Of a stretch of 43,870 bases of DNA, positions 18,579 through 27,530 are shown one piece after another; position 1 is the stretch's first letter, and the number at the start of each line of letters is the position of its first letter. The stretch covers positions 1-43,870 of the forward strand of contig JBLHZD010000002.1 of NCBI GenBank assembly GCA_047631095.1, in the 5' to 3' direction. The notes under the pieces were generated by a model that saw only the letters and a list, made by a program, of their open reading frames with translations, did no database searches and was not told the origin of the DNA. The stretch comes from Alphaproteobacteria bacterium. Its GTDB lineage: Bacteria > Pseudomonadota > Alphaproteobacteria > UBA8366 > GCA-2717185. Both the position numbers and the translations under genes were made by a program.

Positions 18579-19541
18579 CTATTTTAACGACACAATCGCC
18601 AGACAGGCGACGATTAACCCGTTCAGCATGCAAGCGATGGTAAACACCACCAGCGCGCGGCGGATATCATCCACTGTCGCGCGCGAATCACCATCGCCCA
18701 TCCACTGGGATTTCGACACCCCGCCGTCATAAGTGCGCGGCCCCCCCAACGCCACGTTCAACGCGCCCGCCATCGCCGCTTCGGGCCACCCCGCATTGGG
18801 CGAATCATGGTTGCGGGAATCGGTACGCAACACCCGCAACGCTCGGGTCGGATGGGCGGTGGGCGCAAACGCCGCCGCCAGGACAATGATGGTTCCCGAC
18901 AGGCGCGCGGGGATCCAGTTCACCGCATCATCCAGCCGCGCCGCCGTCATGCCGAAATTTTTATATTGCGCAGATTTGTAACCGATCATGCTGTCCATAG
19001 TGTTAATGGCCTTATACGCGCACAGGCCCGGCAGCCCGAGCAGCGCATACCAGAAAATCGGCGCCACAACGCCATCGGCGAAATTTTCCGCCAGCGTTTC
19101 AATCGCCGCACGGGCCACACCGTGCGTATCCAACTTGGATACATCCCGCCCGACAATATGCGCCACCGCCGCGCGGCCCGCCGTAACGCCATCTTTCGCC
19201 AAAGCCTGCGCGACGTTGCGCACATGCGCGTAGAGCCCCCGCTGCGCCAGCAATATTGCGACCAACGCCAACTCCGCCAGCCAGCCATGGGGCGTGATTA
19301 TCGCGACATAGTGGATCGCCCAACCCGCGCCCGCGCTGAGCGCAACGACGAAAACAACCACAATCGCCCCGCGCACCAGCTGCGCAGCGGCGCCCCGGCG
19401 ATTCAACCTGCGGTCCAGAAATCCGATCAGGGTTCCCACCAGAACGACCGGATGGGGAACCCGGCGAAACAGCCAATCCATGTCGCCCAGCACCGCATCC
19501 AGCACAAGCGCCATGGTCAAAAGAAAGAGCGGTTCGGGCAT
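18579..19541 (-). CDS. cbiB: Adenosylcobinamide-phosphate synthase (CbiB/CobD)
   Basis: Polytopic membrane protein whose N-terminus LDAVLGD..PHPVVLVG is typical of CbiB. It is convergent with cobQ (10-nt gap). Confidence 0.9.
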   Translation of the reverse strand: MPEPLFLLTMALVLDAVLGDMDWLFRRVPHPVVLVGTLIGFLDRRLNRRGAAAQLVRGAIVVVFVVALSAGAGWAIHYVAIITPHGWLAELALVAILLAQRGLYAHVRNVAQALAKDGVTAGRAAVAHIVGRDVSKLDTHGVARAAIETLAENFADGVVAPIFWYALLGLPGLCAYKAINTMDSMIGYKSAQYKNFGMTAARLDDAVNWIPARLSGTIIVLAAAFAPTAHPTRALRVLRTDSRNHDSPNAGWPEAAMAGALNVALGGPRTYDGGVSKSQWMGDGDSRATVDDIRRALVVFTIACMLNGLIVACLAIVSLK

Positions 19542-19708
19542 TGCTTATAACGTCTCCGGTGTTTAACGCCGCACCATGTAGCGAACTGGCTGGGTTGGTC
19601 AATTGCTCCCCTAAAATTTTCCGCCCCTACAGGGTCGATTTGGACTGACCCCGAGCGTCAGGACTGATAAAAAGAGGGCTCTATTCATGCGAGGTCAGGA
19701 AGTCGGCG

Positions 19709-20746
19709 ATGGTCAGTAAAACAGGCGTTATGGTATGCGGCCATGGCAGTCGCGATGAAGCGGCGGTTCGGGAATTTGAATCCGTCGCAAAAGGGTTGCG
19801 GGACCGCTTGCCCCAGTACGACGTTGATTACGGTTTTCTGGAGTTCGCAACGCCGATTATTCGCAATGGGCTTGATGCCCTGCGCGCCAAAGGCAATGAC
19901 CGTATATTGGCGGTGCCCGGCATGCTCTTCGCCGCCGGACACGCCAAAAACGATATCCCCTCGGTGCTCAACACCTACCAGGCCAACGCCACCGGGGTGC
20001 AAATCGATTACGGTCGTGAATTGGGCATCGACGTAAAGATGATCCGCGCCGCCGGCGACCGCATCGAAGAAGCGCTGAGCGCGGCGGGCGAGGATATTCC
20101 CCGCAGCGAAACCATTCTTGTCGTTGTTGGCCGCGGCGCGTCAGACCCCGACGCCAATGGCAACGTCGCCAAAGTCACCCGCTTGTTATGGGAAGGTCTC
20201 GGCTTCGGTTGGGCGTCGACCGCCTATTCCGGCGTCACGTTTCCTTTGGTGGAGCCCGCCCTGGAGCATGTTGCGCGGCTTGGCTACAAACGAATCATCG
20301 TCTTCCCGTATTTTCTGTTCACCGGCGTTCTGGTGAAACGAATCTACGCCTACACCGACCTTGTCGCCGAACGGCACCCGGAGATCGAGTTCATCAAGGC
20401 GCCGTATCTGAATGACCACCCCCTGGTGCTCGACTGTTTCGCCGACCGGGTGGACGAAATCCTGAATGGCGCGAATCTCATGAACTGCCAGATGTGCAAG
20501 TACCGCGAACAGGTGTTGGGATTCGAGTCTGAAGTCGGGTTACCGCAGGAAAGCCACCATCATCATGTCGAAGGCGTGGGAACCGGCCCCGCGCATGAAC
20601 ATTCTGATGATCATGCCCACGGCCATGACCACAGCCACGACAGTGACCACGGGCACGACCATTCTCACGGGCACCATCCTTACCCCCATGCGGATCATCC
20701 CTTGGGCCCGGAAAGCATGAAGAAAACACCGCTGCCGGACGCATAA
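19709..20746 (+). CDS. cbiX: Long-form CbiX sirohydrochlorin cobaltochelatase (or ferrochelatase) with MXCXXC motif and His-rich tail
   Basis: Two CbiX half-domains (VCGHGSRD.., VVVGRGASDPDAN..), MNCQMC (MXCXXC), and the C-terminal tail HHHHVEG..HEHSDDHAHGHDHSHDSDHGHDHSHGHHPYPHADH. Confidence 0.85.
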   Translation: MVSKTGVMVCGHGSRDEAAVREFESVAKGLRDRLPQYDVDYGFLEFATPIIRNGLDALRAKGNDRILAVPGMLFAAGHAKNDIPSVLNTYQANATGVQIDYGRELGIDVKMIRAAGDRIEEALSAAGEDIPRSETILVVVGRGASDPDANGNVAKVTRLLWEGLGFGWASTAYSGVTFPLVEPALEHVARLGYKRIIVFPYFLFTGVLVKRIYAYTDLVAERHPEIEFIKAPYLNDHPLVLDCFADRVDEILNGANLMNCQMCKYREQVLGFESEVGLPQESHHHHVEGVGTGPAHEHSDDHAHGHDHSHDSDHGHDHSHGHHPYPHADHPLGPESMKKTPLPDA

Positions 20747-20753
20747 GATATTT

Positions 20754-21707
20754 ATGGCGGCGATAAAACCTGCGGCCCCGTCCGATGGCTGTTTGTTTGA
20801 CGCCTACATGGTCGTCGACTGGAGCGCCGCCAGCACGCCCCGGCGCGGCGCGGATTCCATATGGTGGGCGCTGATCCAGCGCACGGGCGCAACCTTCGCC
20901 ATGGTGAAGCGTGAAAATGCGCCCACGCGCGAGGCCGCCACGCAGGATATCACCGAACAATTATGCGCGCTTTTATCGGATGGCCAACGAATTCTGGCCG
21001 GGTTCGACTTTCCCTTTGGCTACCCCGCAGGCACCGCCGCCCGATTGGGAATGCCGGGGTCGCCCTGGCGCCATATGTGGCAAGAGCTTTCCGACCTGCT
21101 GAACGATGGCGCGGATAATTCCAACAACCGTATCGACGTCGCGGAAGGCTTGAACGAACGCCTTGGGGAAGAGCCCTTTCCCTTTTGGGGTAATGTCCGT
21201 GAGGAAACGCGGCCCTATTTGCGGCGCCGGGGGCGTCGGCCCCATAGCGCACAGGACCTCGCCGAATGGCGGTTGTGCGACCAGCGCGGAAAGACCACCA
21301 GTTCAGTGTGGCAATTGGCGGGGAACGGCTCTGTTGGGAGTCAGGTATTGACCGGCATTCCCCGGGTCTGGCGCATGCGCACCGACCCACGACTGGCCAT
21401 GGAGAGTCATATCTGGCCGTTTGAGACCGGCCTCGCGCACGACCCGCGCGCCCGCCTCGTCTTCGCAGAGGTTTATCCGTCACTGCTGACGCCGAAGCCG
21501 GAACCCCATCAAGTCAAGGACGCGCAGCAAGTCCGCACCACGGCGGAAAATTTCGCAGCGCTGGATATTGCAGGTGAGTTGGAAGTTTTGTTTCAGGGCG
21601 ACCCCGATCTAAACGAGGCGGAACGCGCCATTGTAGAGCAGGAGGAAGCGTGGATTCTGGGTGTGACCGGAGTGCGGGACACCGGCGGAACGCGAGGGGC
21701 GCCATGA
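20754..21707 (+). CDS. Conserved-looking hypothetical protein (orf317), possibly DUF429-like
   Basis: 317 aa. The ATG is 7 nt after the cbiX stop, and its own stop overlaps the cobH start (ATGA at 21704-21707). Segments YMVVDWSAAS and GFDFPFGYP resemble the DUF429 pattern (GxDxx.., IDxPxGL). This is a weak assignment from memory. Confidence 0.65.
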   Translation: MAAIKPAAPSDGCLFDAYMVVDWSAASTPRRGADSIWWALIQRTGATFAMVKRENAPTREAATQDITEQLCALLSDGQRILAGFDFPFGYPAGTAARLGMPGSPWRHMWQELSDLLNDGADNSNNRIDVAEGLNERLGEEPFPFWGNVREETRPYLRRRGRRPHSAQDLAEWRLCDQRGKTTSSVWQLAGNGSVGSQVLTGIPRVWRMRTDPRLAMESHIWPFETGLAHDPRARLVFAEVYPSLLTPKPEPHQVKDAQQVRTTAENFAALDIAGELEVLFQGDPDLNEAERAIVEQEEAWILGVTGVRDTGGTRGAP

Positions 21708-22348
21708 GCCCGATTCGATATGAGTATGTGCGGGACCCGGCGGAAATTTACCGCCAATCCTTTGAGACCGTGCAACGGGAAACCGACCTTCAGCATATTC
21801 CCGATGACTGGGCCGACATCGCTATTCGACTGGTGCACGCAACTGGTGCGCCCGAGATTGTGGCCGACCTCATCGCCTCTCCCGGCGCCGGCGCGGCAGG
21901 TCGCGCCGCCCTGCGCGACGGCGCGCCCATCTTGAGTGATGTGGAAATGGTGGTGCATGGGATCACGCGCACGCGTTTACCCCAACAGAATCCGGTTCTT
22001 TGTATGCTCAACGATGCCGCCACCCCCGGACTCGCCGCAACGCTAGGGACAACCCGGTCGGCGGCGGCGGTCGAATTATGGAAGCCCTCGCTGGCGGGCG
22101 CGGTGGTCGCCATCGGAAATGCGCCAACCGCCTTGTTTCATCTTCTGGAGCGCCTGAGCGACGGATGGCCGCGACCCGCGCTTGTGCTGGGTTTCCCCGT
22201 CGGATTTATCGGCGCAGCGGAATCCAAAACGGCGTTAATCGAGAACAATCTTGGCATTCCGTTTATCGCCATAAAAGGCCGGCGCGGCGGCAGCGCCATG
22301 GCGGCGGCGGCGGTCAATGCGCTGGCCCGCAAGGACCCTGGTTCATGA
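21704..22348 (+). CDS. cobH: Precorrin-8X methylmutase (CobH/CbiC)
   Basis: The N-terminus MSPIRYEYVRDPAEIYRQSF is typical of CobH/CbiC. About 214 aa. Confidence 0.9.
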   Translation: MSPIRYEYVRDPAEIYRQSFETVQRETDLQHIPDDWADIAIRLVHATGAPEIVADLIASPGAGAAGRAALRDGAPILSDVEMVVHGITRTRLPQQNPVLCMLNDAATPGLAATLGTTRSAAAVELWKPSLAGAVVAIGNAPTALFHLLERLSDGWPRPALVLGFPVGFIGAAESKTALIENNLGIPFIAIKGRRGGSAMAAAAVNALARKDPGS

Positions 22349-23568
22349 CCCCCTGGCTTCACATCGTCGGCATCGGCGAAGACGGCGTCGACGCGCTTCG
22401 CCCCGTTGCGCGCGCAACGATCGACGCCGCTGAAATTTGCTATGGCGGCGCTCGCCATCTGGCGATGCTGCCAACGACATTTACAGGCGAACGCCGCCGA
22501 TGGCGAACACCCCTGCGCGACACCTTCGACGAAATCAAAGCGCTCACGGGTCGACAAGTGATCGTCTTGGCTACGGGCGACCCGATGAACTTTGGTATCG
22601 GCGCCACTTTAATTTGGGAATTGAGTGATTCCATCGGACCCGACGCGCATAGCATAATCCCAGCACCCGGCGCCTTTTCGCTGGCCGCCGCGCGTATGGG
22701 ATGGTCGCTACCGGAAACCGCCTGTCTGTCTATTCACGGACGCCCCCTATCCGCGTTGGCGCTTCATTTGTTTCCCGGCGCCAGACTCCTGATCCTGTCC
22801 GAAAATGAAACATCGCCTGAAAAAATATCAGCGCTTCTTCTCGACAAGGGGTTTGGGTCCAGCAACGTTACCGTCTTGTCACATCTGGACGGCGCCGGCG
22901 AATCGGTTCGCACCAGAAGCGCGAGAGACAATGTGGAGGACCCAGACACCGGCACGGCGCGGTTGAATATCGTCGCCGTCGATTGCACAGCGGATTCCGG
23001 CGCACGATATTTCAGCCGAAGCGGCGGCTTGCCCGACGACGCCTTTGAACATGACGGTCAGATGACCAAGCAAATCGTACGCGCTGCAACGCTGGCGGCG
23101 CTGACGCCGTTTCCAGGCGCGCACCTTTGGGATATTGGCGCCGGTTGTGGCTCGGTTGGCATCGAATGGATGCGCGCGGGCGGCCAAACGACGGCGGTCG
23201 AACGCGCGCCAAAGCGCCGCGCCATGATCGCCCGTAACGCGGAAGCGCTGGGCGTTCCAAATCTGGAAATCGTGGCGGGCGAGGCCAATGCGTCATTGCC
23301 CCAATTGAAGTCTCCAGACGCAATTTTTATTGGCGGCGGCTTGACCGGCGGCGCCCTGTTGGCCAACTGCCATGCGGCGTTGCGCCCCGGCGGGCGCCTG
23401 GTCGCCAACGCCGTGACCATAGAAGGTGAAGCACTTTTGACAAAAGCATTTGAGGATTGGGGCGGCGCGTTAAACCGGATCGCAATCTCCACCGTCAACC
23501 CGGTAGGGCGGCTGCATGGTTGGCGCGCGGCGATGACGGTCACCCAATATGCGATGACGAAACCATGA
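22345..23568 (+). CDS. cobL: Precorrin-6Y C5,15-methyltransferase (decarboxylating), CbiE+CbiT fusion
   Basis: ATGA overlap with cobH. N-terminal tetrapyrrole methylase half (WLHIVGIGEDG) and C-terminal SAM methyltransferase half (LWDIGAGCGSVGIEW). Confidence 0.9.
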   Translation: MTPWLHIVGIGEDGVDALRPVARATIDAAEICYGGARHLAMLPTTFTGERRRWRTPLRDTFDEIKALTGRQVIVLATGDPMNFGIGATLIWELSDSIGPDAHSIIPAPGAFSLAAARMGWSLPETACLSIHGRPLSALALHLFPGARLLILSENETSPEKISALLLDKGFGSSNVTVLSHLDGAGESVRTRSARDNVEDPDTGTARLNIVAVDCTADSGARYFSRSGGLPDDAFEHDGQMTKQIVRAATLAALTPFPGAHLWDIGAGCGSVGIEWMRAGGQTTAVERAPKRRAMIARNAEALGVPNLEIVAGEANASLPQLKSPDAIFIGGGLTGGALLANCHAALRPGGRLVANAVTIEGEALLTKAFEDWGGALNRIAISTVNPVGRLHGWRAAMTVTQYAMTKP

Positions 23569-24308
23569 CAGGTATCCTGCATGGCGTCGGCGTTGGCCCC
23601 GGCGATCCGGAACTAATCACGCTGAAAGCGCTGCGCCTGTTACGGGACTCCCCTGTCATCGCCTGGCCTGCCCCATTGACCGGCGAGAGCATGGCGCGCG
23701 CCATCGCCGCCCCGCATATCAACGCGCGCGGCCCGGACAACGCGCCGGTTGAAATCGCCATTCGCATGCCGATGGTCGAGGAGCGATTTCCCGCGCAGAG
23801 CGTCTACGATACAGCGGCCCAGGAAATCGCCACGCATCTGGAAGCCGGACGGGACGTCGTCGCGCTTTGCGAGGGGGATCCGTTTTTCTATGGCTCGTTC
23901 ATGTACCTGTTTGGACGATTGGCGGAACGCTTTCCCGTCGAGGTTACGCCCGGCGTATCGTCCCTCACCGCCAGCGCCGCAGCCTTGGCCGCGCCCTTGG
24001 CCGCGCGCAACGATGTGCTGACTATATTGCCCGCCCCCTTGCCAACGGCCGATATGAAACAACGGCTGCAAGAGGCCGACGCCGTTGCGATTATTAAAAT
24101 CGGCCGACAATTGGACAAGGTAAAAGCCGTTCTGGCGGAATTGGGATTGCTGGAGAATGCACGATATATCGAACACGCCACCATGGGGAGCCAACAAATT
24201 CTTCCGGTAACAGACGTAACAAGCGCGCCCTATTTTTCGATGATCCTCGTTCACAAACGCGGCGACGCCTGGCGCCTCAGCGATCTGCAAAGAGGGTCGC
24301 GGCCATGA
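23565..24308 (+). CDS. cobI: Precorrin-2 C20-methyltransferase (CobI/CbiL)
   Basis: ATGA overlap with cobL. N-terminus MTGILHGVGVGPGDPELITLKA. Confidence 0.9.
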   Translation: MTGILHGVGVGPGDPELITLKALRLLRDSPVIAWPAPLTGESMARAIAAPHINARGPDNAPVEIAIRMPMVEERFPAQSVYDTAAQEIATHLEAGRDVVALCEGDPFFYGSFMYLFGRLAERFPVEVTPGVSSLTASAAALAAPLAARNDVLTILPAPLPTADMKQRLQEADAVAIIKIGRQLDKVKAVLAELGLLENARYIEHATMGSQQILPVTDVTSAPYFSMILVHKRGDAWRLSDLQRGSRP

Positions 24309-26152
24309 CGGCAATTGCGATTATCGCCCTCGACAAGCGCGGCCTTTTACTTGCGCGGCGTTTATGCCCGGACCTGCCTGGCGCGACAATTCACGGACTG
24401 AAGGGACGCGCCGGGGGACATGAACCCGCGCGGGGTGATTCCGTGACGGATATCGTCACCTTCGAAAACACCATCGATCATTTGCAAACCCTGTTTGGCG
24501 CCGGCGAGACCATCGTGGGGATTTGCGCGGCGGGAATTTTGATGCGCGCGCTCGGACCCAACCTGTCAGACAAGCGCCGCGACCCGCCCGTTCTGGCGAT
24601 CAGCGGCGATGGCGCATCCGTTGTTCCCTTAATCGGCGGCCATCACGGCGCCAATGATCTGGCCCGGCGCATCGCGTTGATCACGGGCGGCGCAGCGGCG
24701 ATCACCACCGCCAGCGACACAACGTTTGGCGTCGCGCTCGACGATCCGCCGGAAGGCTGGCGCCTTGAAAACCCGGAACAATTGAAACCCGTCATCGCCG
24801 CGTTGCTGGCCGACAACCCTGTCGCGCTACGTGTGGATTGCGGAAATGTGGACTGGCTTACCGGTCCGCCCTGGTCCGCGCAGGGCGCGCAGAATGTAAG
24901 GGTTACCGATCAAGCCGACGCGACGCGGGATAATACGCTGGTCTTGCGGCCCCCCATTCTCGCTTTGGGCGTCGGGTGCGAGCGCGATACAGACCCAGCG
25001 GAAGTGCAGGCGCTTGTGAACGAGACATTGCGCAACGCCAATCTATCGCCGCTATCAATCGCCTGTGTTTGTTCAATCGACCTGAAATCTAATGAGTCCG
25101 CTGTATTGGCGTTAGCGGAAAATCTCGGCGCCCCCGCGCGGTTCTTCAGCGCTGAAGTTCTGGAAGCAGAATCGCCGCACCTGCAAACACCGTCGACGGT
25201 AGTCTTTCGCGAAACCGGTTGCCACGGCGTCAGCGAGGGCGCCGCGCTCGCCGCTGCGGGACCGGAATCGTCGCTCATCGTCGCCAAAACAAAATCCAAA
25301 CGCGCCACCTGCGCCATCGCGCGCGCCACCAGTGACATTATTGCGCACCGCGCTGGGCGCCCGCGCGGCGCGCTGGATGTCGTCGGCATTGGCCCCGGAA
25401 CCAGCGCCTGGCGCACACCCGAAGCCAGCGCCGCCATTCGCGACGCTGATCTGGTGGTGGGGTATCGCCTGTATCTGGATATCGTCGCGGACCTTATTAA
25501 ACCCGGCGCGCGGGTCGAATCAGATTTAGGCAAGGAAGAGGATCGCGCCCGCGAAGCGCTAACACTGGCGGCGGCGGGCAAACGGGTCGCGTTGATCTCA
25601 TCCGGCGACGCCGGGATTTACGCACTCGCCAGTCTCGTATTTCAGGTTCTGGACTCCGACGAAAATTCCGCCATGGGCCGGGTCGCCATCAATGTCATTC
25701 CCGGCGTCTCCGCAATGCAGGCCGCCGCCGCGCGCGCCGGGGCGCCGCTGGGTCATGATTTTTGCGCGGTGTCCCTGTCGGATCTGTTGACGCCGCAAGA
25801 CACAATTCGGACGCGTCTCACCGCCGCCGCCACAGCCGGGTTCGTCACCGCACTCTACAATCCACAAAGCCGCACGCGCCGAACGCTGTTGGGCGAAGCG
25901 ACGGAAATATTCAGGGCCGCCCGCGCCGCAGATACGCCCGTTATCATCGCACGAAACCTGGGCCGGGCGGACGAGACCGTTTTAGTCACTACCTTAAGCG
26001 CCTTCCAGCCCGATAGCGTTGATATGTTCACCATTGTTATTTTTGGCGGCGCGAACACAAAAACATTCCAGCGCGGCGGCGCGCAATGGACCTATACGCC
26101 ACGCGGCTATGGCGTGGGTAAAAAGACCTCTAATGAAAGCGAAACGCCATGA
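24305..26152 (+). CDS. cobJ: Fusion of full-length CbiG (CobE-containing) with precorrin-3B C17-methyltransferase (CobJ/CbiH)
   Basis: 615 aa. Residues 1 to about 345 are CbiG-like, including the CobE-type C-terminal part LALGVGCERDT..SIDLKSNE..LGAPARFF. From about residue 350 it is a tetrapyrrole methylase (LDVVGIGPGTSAWRTPEA..GYRLYLD). ATGA overlaps at both ends. Confidence 0.85.
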   Translation: MTAIAIIALDKRGLLLARRLCPDLPGATIHGLKGRAGGHEPARGDSVTDIVTFENTIDHLQTLFGAGETIVGICAAGILMRALGPNLSDKRRDPPVLAISGDGASVVPLIGGHHGANDLARRIALITGGAAAITTASDTTFGVALDDPPEGWRLENPEQLKPVIAALLADNPVALRVDCGNVDWLTGPPWSAQGAQNVRVTDQADATRDNTLVLRPPILALGVGCERDTDPAEVQALVNETLRNANLSPLSIACVCSIDLKSNESAVLALAENLGAPARFFSAEVLEAESPHLQTPSTVVFRETGCHGVSEGAALAAAGPESSLIVAKTKSKRATCAIARATSDIIAHRAGRPRGALDVVGIGPGTSAWRTPEASAAIRDADLVVGYRLYLDIVADLIKPGARVESDLGKEEDRAREALTLAAAGKRVALISSGDAGIYALASLVFQVLDSDENSAMGRVAINVIPGVSAMQAAAARAGAPLGHDFCAVSLSDLLTPQDTIRTRLTAAATAGFVTALYNPQSRTRRTLLGEATEIFRAARAADTPVIIARNLGRADETVLVTTLSAFQPDSVDMFTIVIFGGANTKTFQRGGAQWTYTPRGYGVGKKTSNESETP

Positions 26153-26928
26153 TTGTCCATTTTATCGGCGCCGGTCCCGGCGCTCCCGATTTGATCACGG
26201 TTCGGGGATTAAGATTAATCAAAAGCTGTCCGGTCATGTTATACGCCGGGTCGCTAGTCCCGTCGGAAATTGTCGCGGAGGCCGCGCCCGACGCCAGAGT
26301 TTGCGACACTGCGCCGATGCATTTGGATGAAATCATCGAGGAATTTGTTCAAGCCAGGGCGAAAGGCCAGGACGTCGCGCGCGTTCATTCCGGCGACCCG
26401 TCGATTTACGGCGCCATCGCAGAACAGATGCGCCGCCTTGATGCGCTGGGAATCGACTATGACATCACGCCCGGCGTGCCGGCCTTCGCCGCCGCCGCCG
26501 CCGTGTTAAAGACGGAATTGACCTCGCCCGAAGTTTCCCAAACCATCATTCTGACCCGCACATCGGTGCGCGCGTCGGCGATGCCCGACGGTGAATCGCT
26601 GGAGACTCTGGCGAAAAGCAAGGCGACGTTGGCGGTGCATTTATCAGTCAACAATCTGGCCAAGGTCGTGCGCGAATTGACGCCCTATTACGGCGCCGAT
26701 TGCCCGGTCGTTGTCGCCTATCGGGTATCATGGCCTGACGAACAGATTATTCGCGGCGAATTGTCGACGATCCGCCCTTTGGTGAAAGCCGCGGGCGTCA
26801 CACGCACCGCATTGATACTCGTTGGTCGGGCGCTTAACCCGGATTTGGAAATCGATAGCCGCCTCTACGCCGCCGATCACCATCATGTTTTGCGCCCCCG
26901 TACTGGCGCGACGTCAACTGGTGGCTAA
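26149..26928 (+). CDS. cobM: Precorrin-4 C11-methyltransferase (CobM/CbiF)
   Basis: MIVHFIGAGPGAPDLITVRG..VHSGDPSIYGA; 259 aa. Confidence 0.92.
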   Translation: MIVHFIGAGPGAPDLITVRGLRLIKSCPVMLYAGSLVPSEIVAEAAPDARVCDTAPMHLDEIIEEFVQARAKGQDVARVHSGDPSIYGAIAEQMRRLDALGIDYDITPGVPAFAAAAAVLKTELTSPEVSQTIILTRTSVRASAMPDGESLETLAKSKATLAVHLSVNNLAKVVRELTPYYGADCPVVVAYRVSWPDEQIIRGELSTIRPLVKAAGVTRTALILVGRALNPDLEIDSRLYAADHHHVLRPRTGATSTGG

Positions 26929-26942
26929 AACAAATGCGGCGA

Positions 26943-27509
26943 TTATTCCGTCGCGCCCACTTTTTCCAATGTCCGACGAATAGAGCGGTTTCGACCTTCA
27001 TCGGACCAGCTCAAAACGCCCCGTCCCGTGTAATCCAGCAAGGTCGTATCCGCGCCGCCATCCAGCAGCATTTGTACAACGTCCAGAAACCCGCTTTTCG
27101 CCGCCAGCATTAACGGCGTTTCACCCGCCTTGCTTTGCACATTCGGCTGGGCGCCGCTCTCCAGCAAAAATTCCAGTATCTCGATCTCACCATTCGAAGC
27201 CGCCGCCGCCAGCGCGGTGGAACCAAATTTATCCGGCAAATCGACCTTCGCGCCCGCTTCGACCAGCAATTGAACAATTTCCAACGATCCGCCCATCGCC
27301 GATAAAATAAGCGGCGTTCGCCCGCCTTCATCCCCGATATCGGGCTTGAAGCCCCGCTTTAACCAGAATTCAACAACTTCAACGTCGCCAATTGCGGCGC
27401 CATCAATAAGCGGGTGCCCGGCGAGCACATTGACCTGGGCGTGAATCGGCCCTGTCCACAACGTGGCCAGCAGGAATAGTCCCACTGCTGCTCTCAAAAT
27501 CTGTCTCAT
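26943..27509 (-). CDS. Secreted ankyrin-repeat protein
   Basis: Signal peptide MRQILRAAVGLFLLATLWTGPIHA/Q, followed by about 4 ANK repeats (GRTPLILSAMGGSLEIVQLLVEAGAKVD; GSTALAAAASNGEIEILEFLLESGAQPN; GETPLMLAAKSGFLDVVQMLLDGGAD). It lies 21 nt downstream of cobK on the same strand. Confidence 0.85.
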   Translation of the reverse strand: MRQILRAAVGLFLLATLWTGPIHAQVNVLAGHPLIDGAAIGDVEVVEFWLKRGFKPDIGDEGGRTPLILSAMGGSLEIVQLLVEAGAKVDLPDKFGSTALAAAASNGEIEILEFLLESGAQPNVQSKAGETPLMLAAKSGFLDVVQMLLDGGADTTLLDYTGRGVLSWSDEGRNRSIRRTLEKVGATE

Positions 27510-27530
27510 GAGATTTCGTTCATCCTTCGC

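Noticed and set aside
19542-19708. Possible second cobalamin riboswitch in the cbiB/cbiX divergent spacer; the minus strand contains CACCGGAGACG, vaguely like a B12 box
   Set aside because: Neither strand has the GGGAA..GGTG..CCCGC..ACTGT core, and only about 7 nt resemble the B12 box. A covariance-model scan should still be run to be sure.
20560-20700. Repetitive CAC/CAT/GAC DNA that could suggest a repeat array
   Set aside because: It is the in-frame coding sequence of the His/Asp-rich CbiX tail. It has no regular repeat-spacer periodicity and is not a CRISPR or a mobile-element repeat.
21650-23564. ORF-track N-terminal extensions of cobH (21650), cobL (22000) and cobI (23457)
   Set aside because: These extensions are out-of-family Arg/Gly-rich readings of the 3' ends of the preceding genes. 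The canonical N-termini (MSPIRYEY, MTPWLHIVG, MTGILHGVG) start exactly at the ATGA overlaps.
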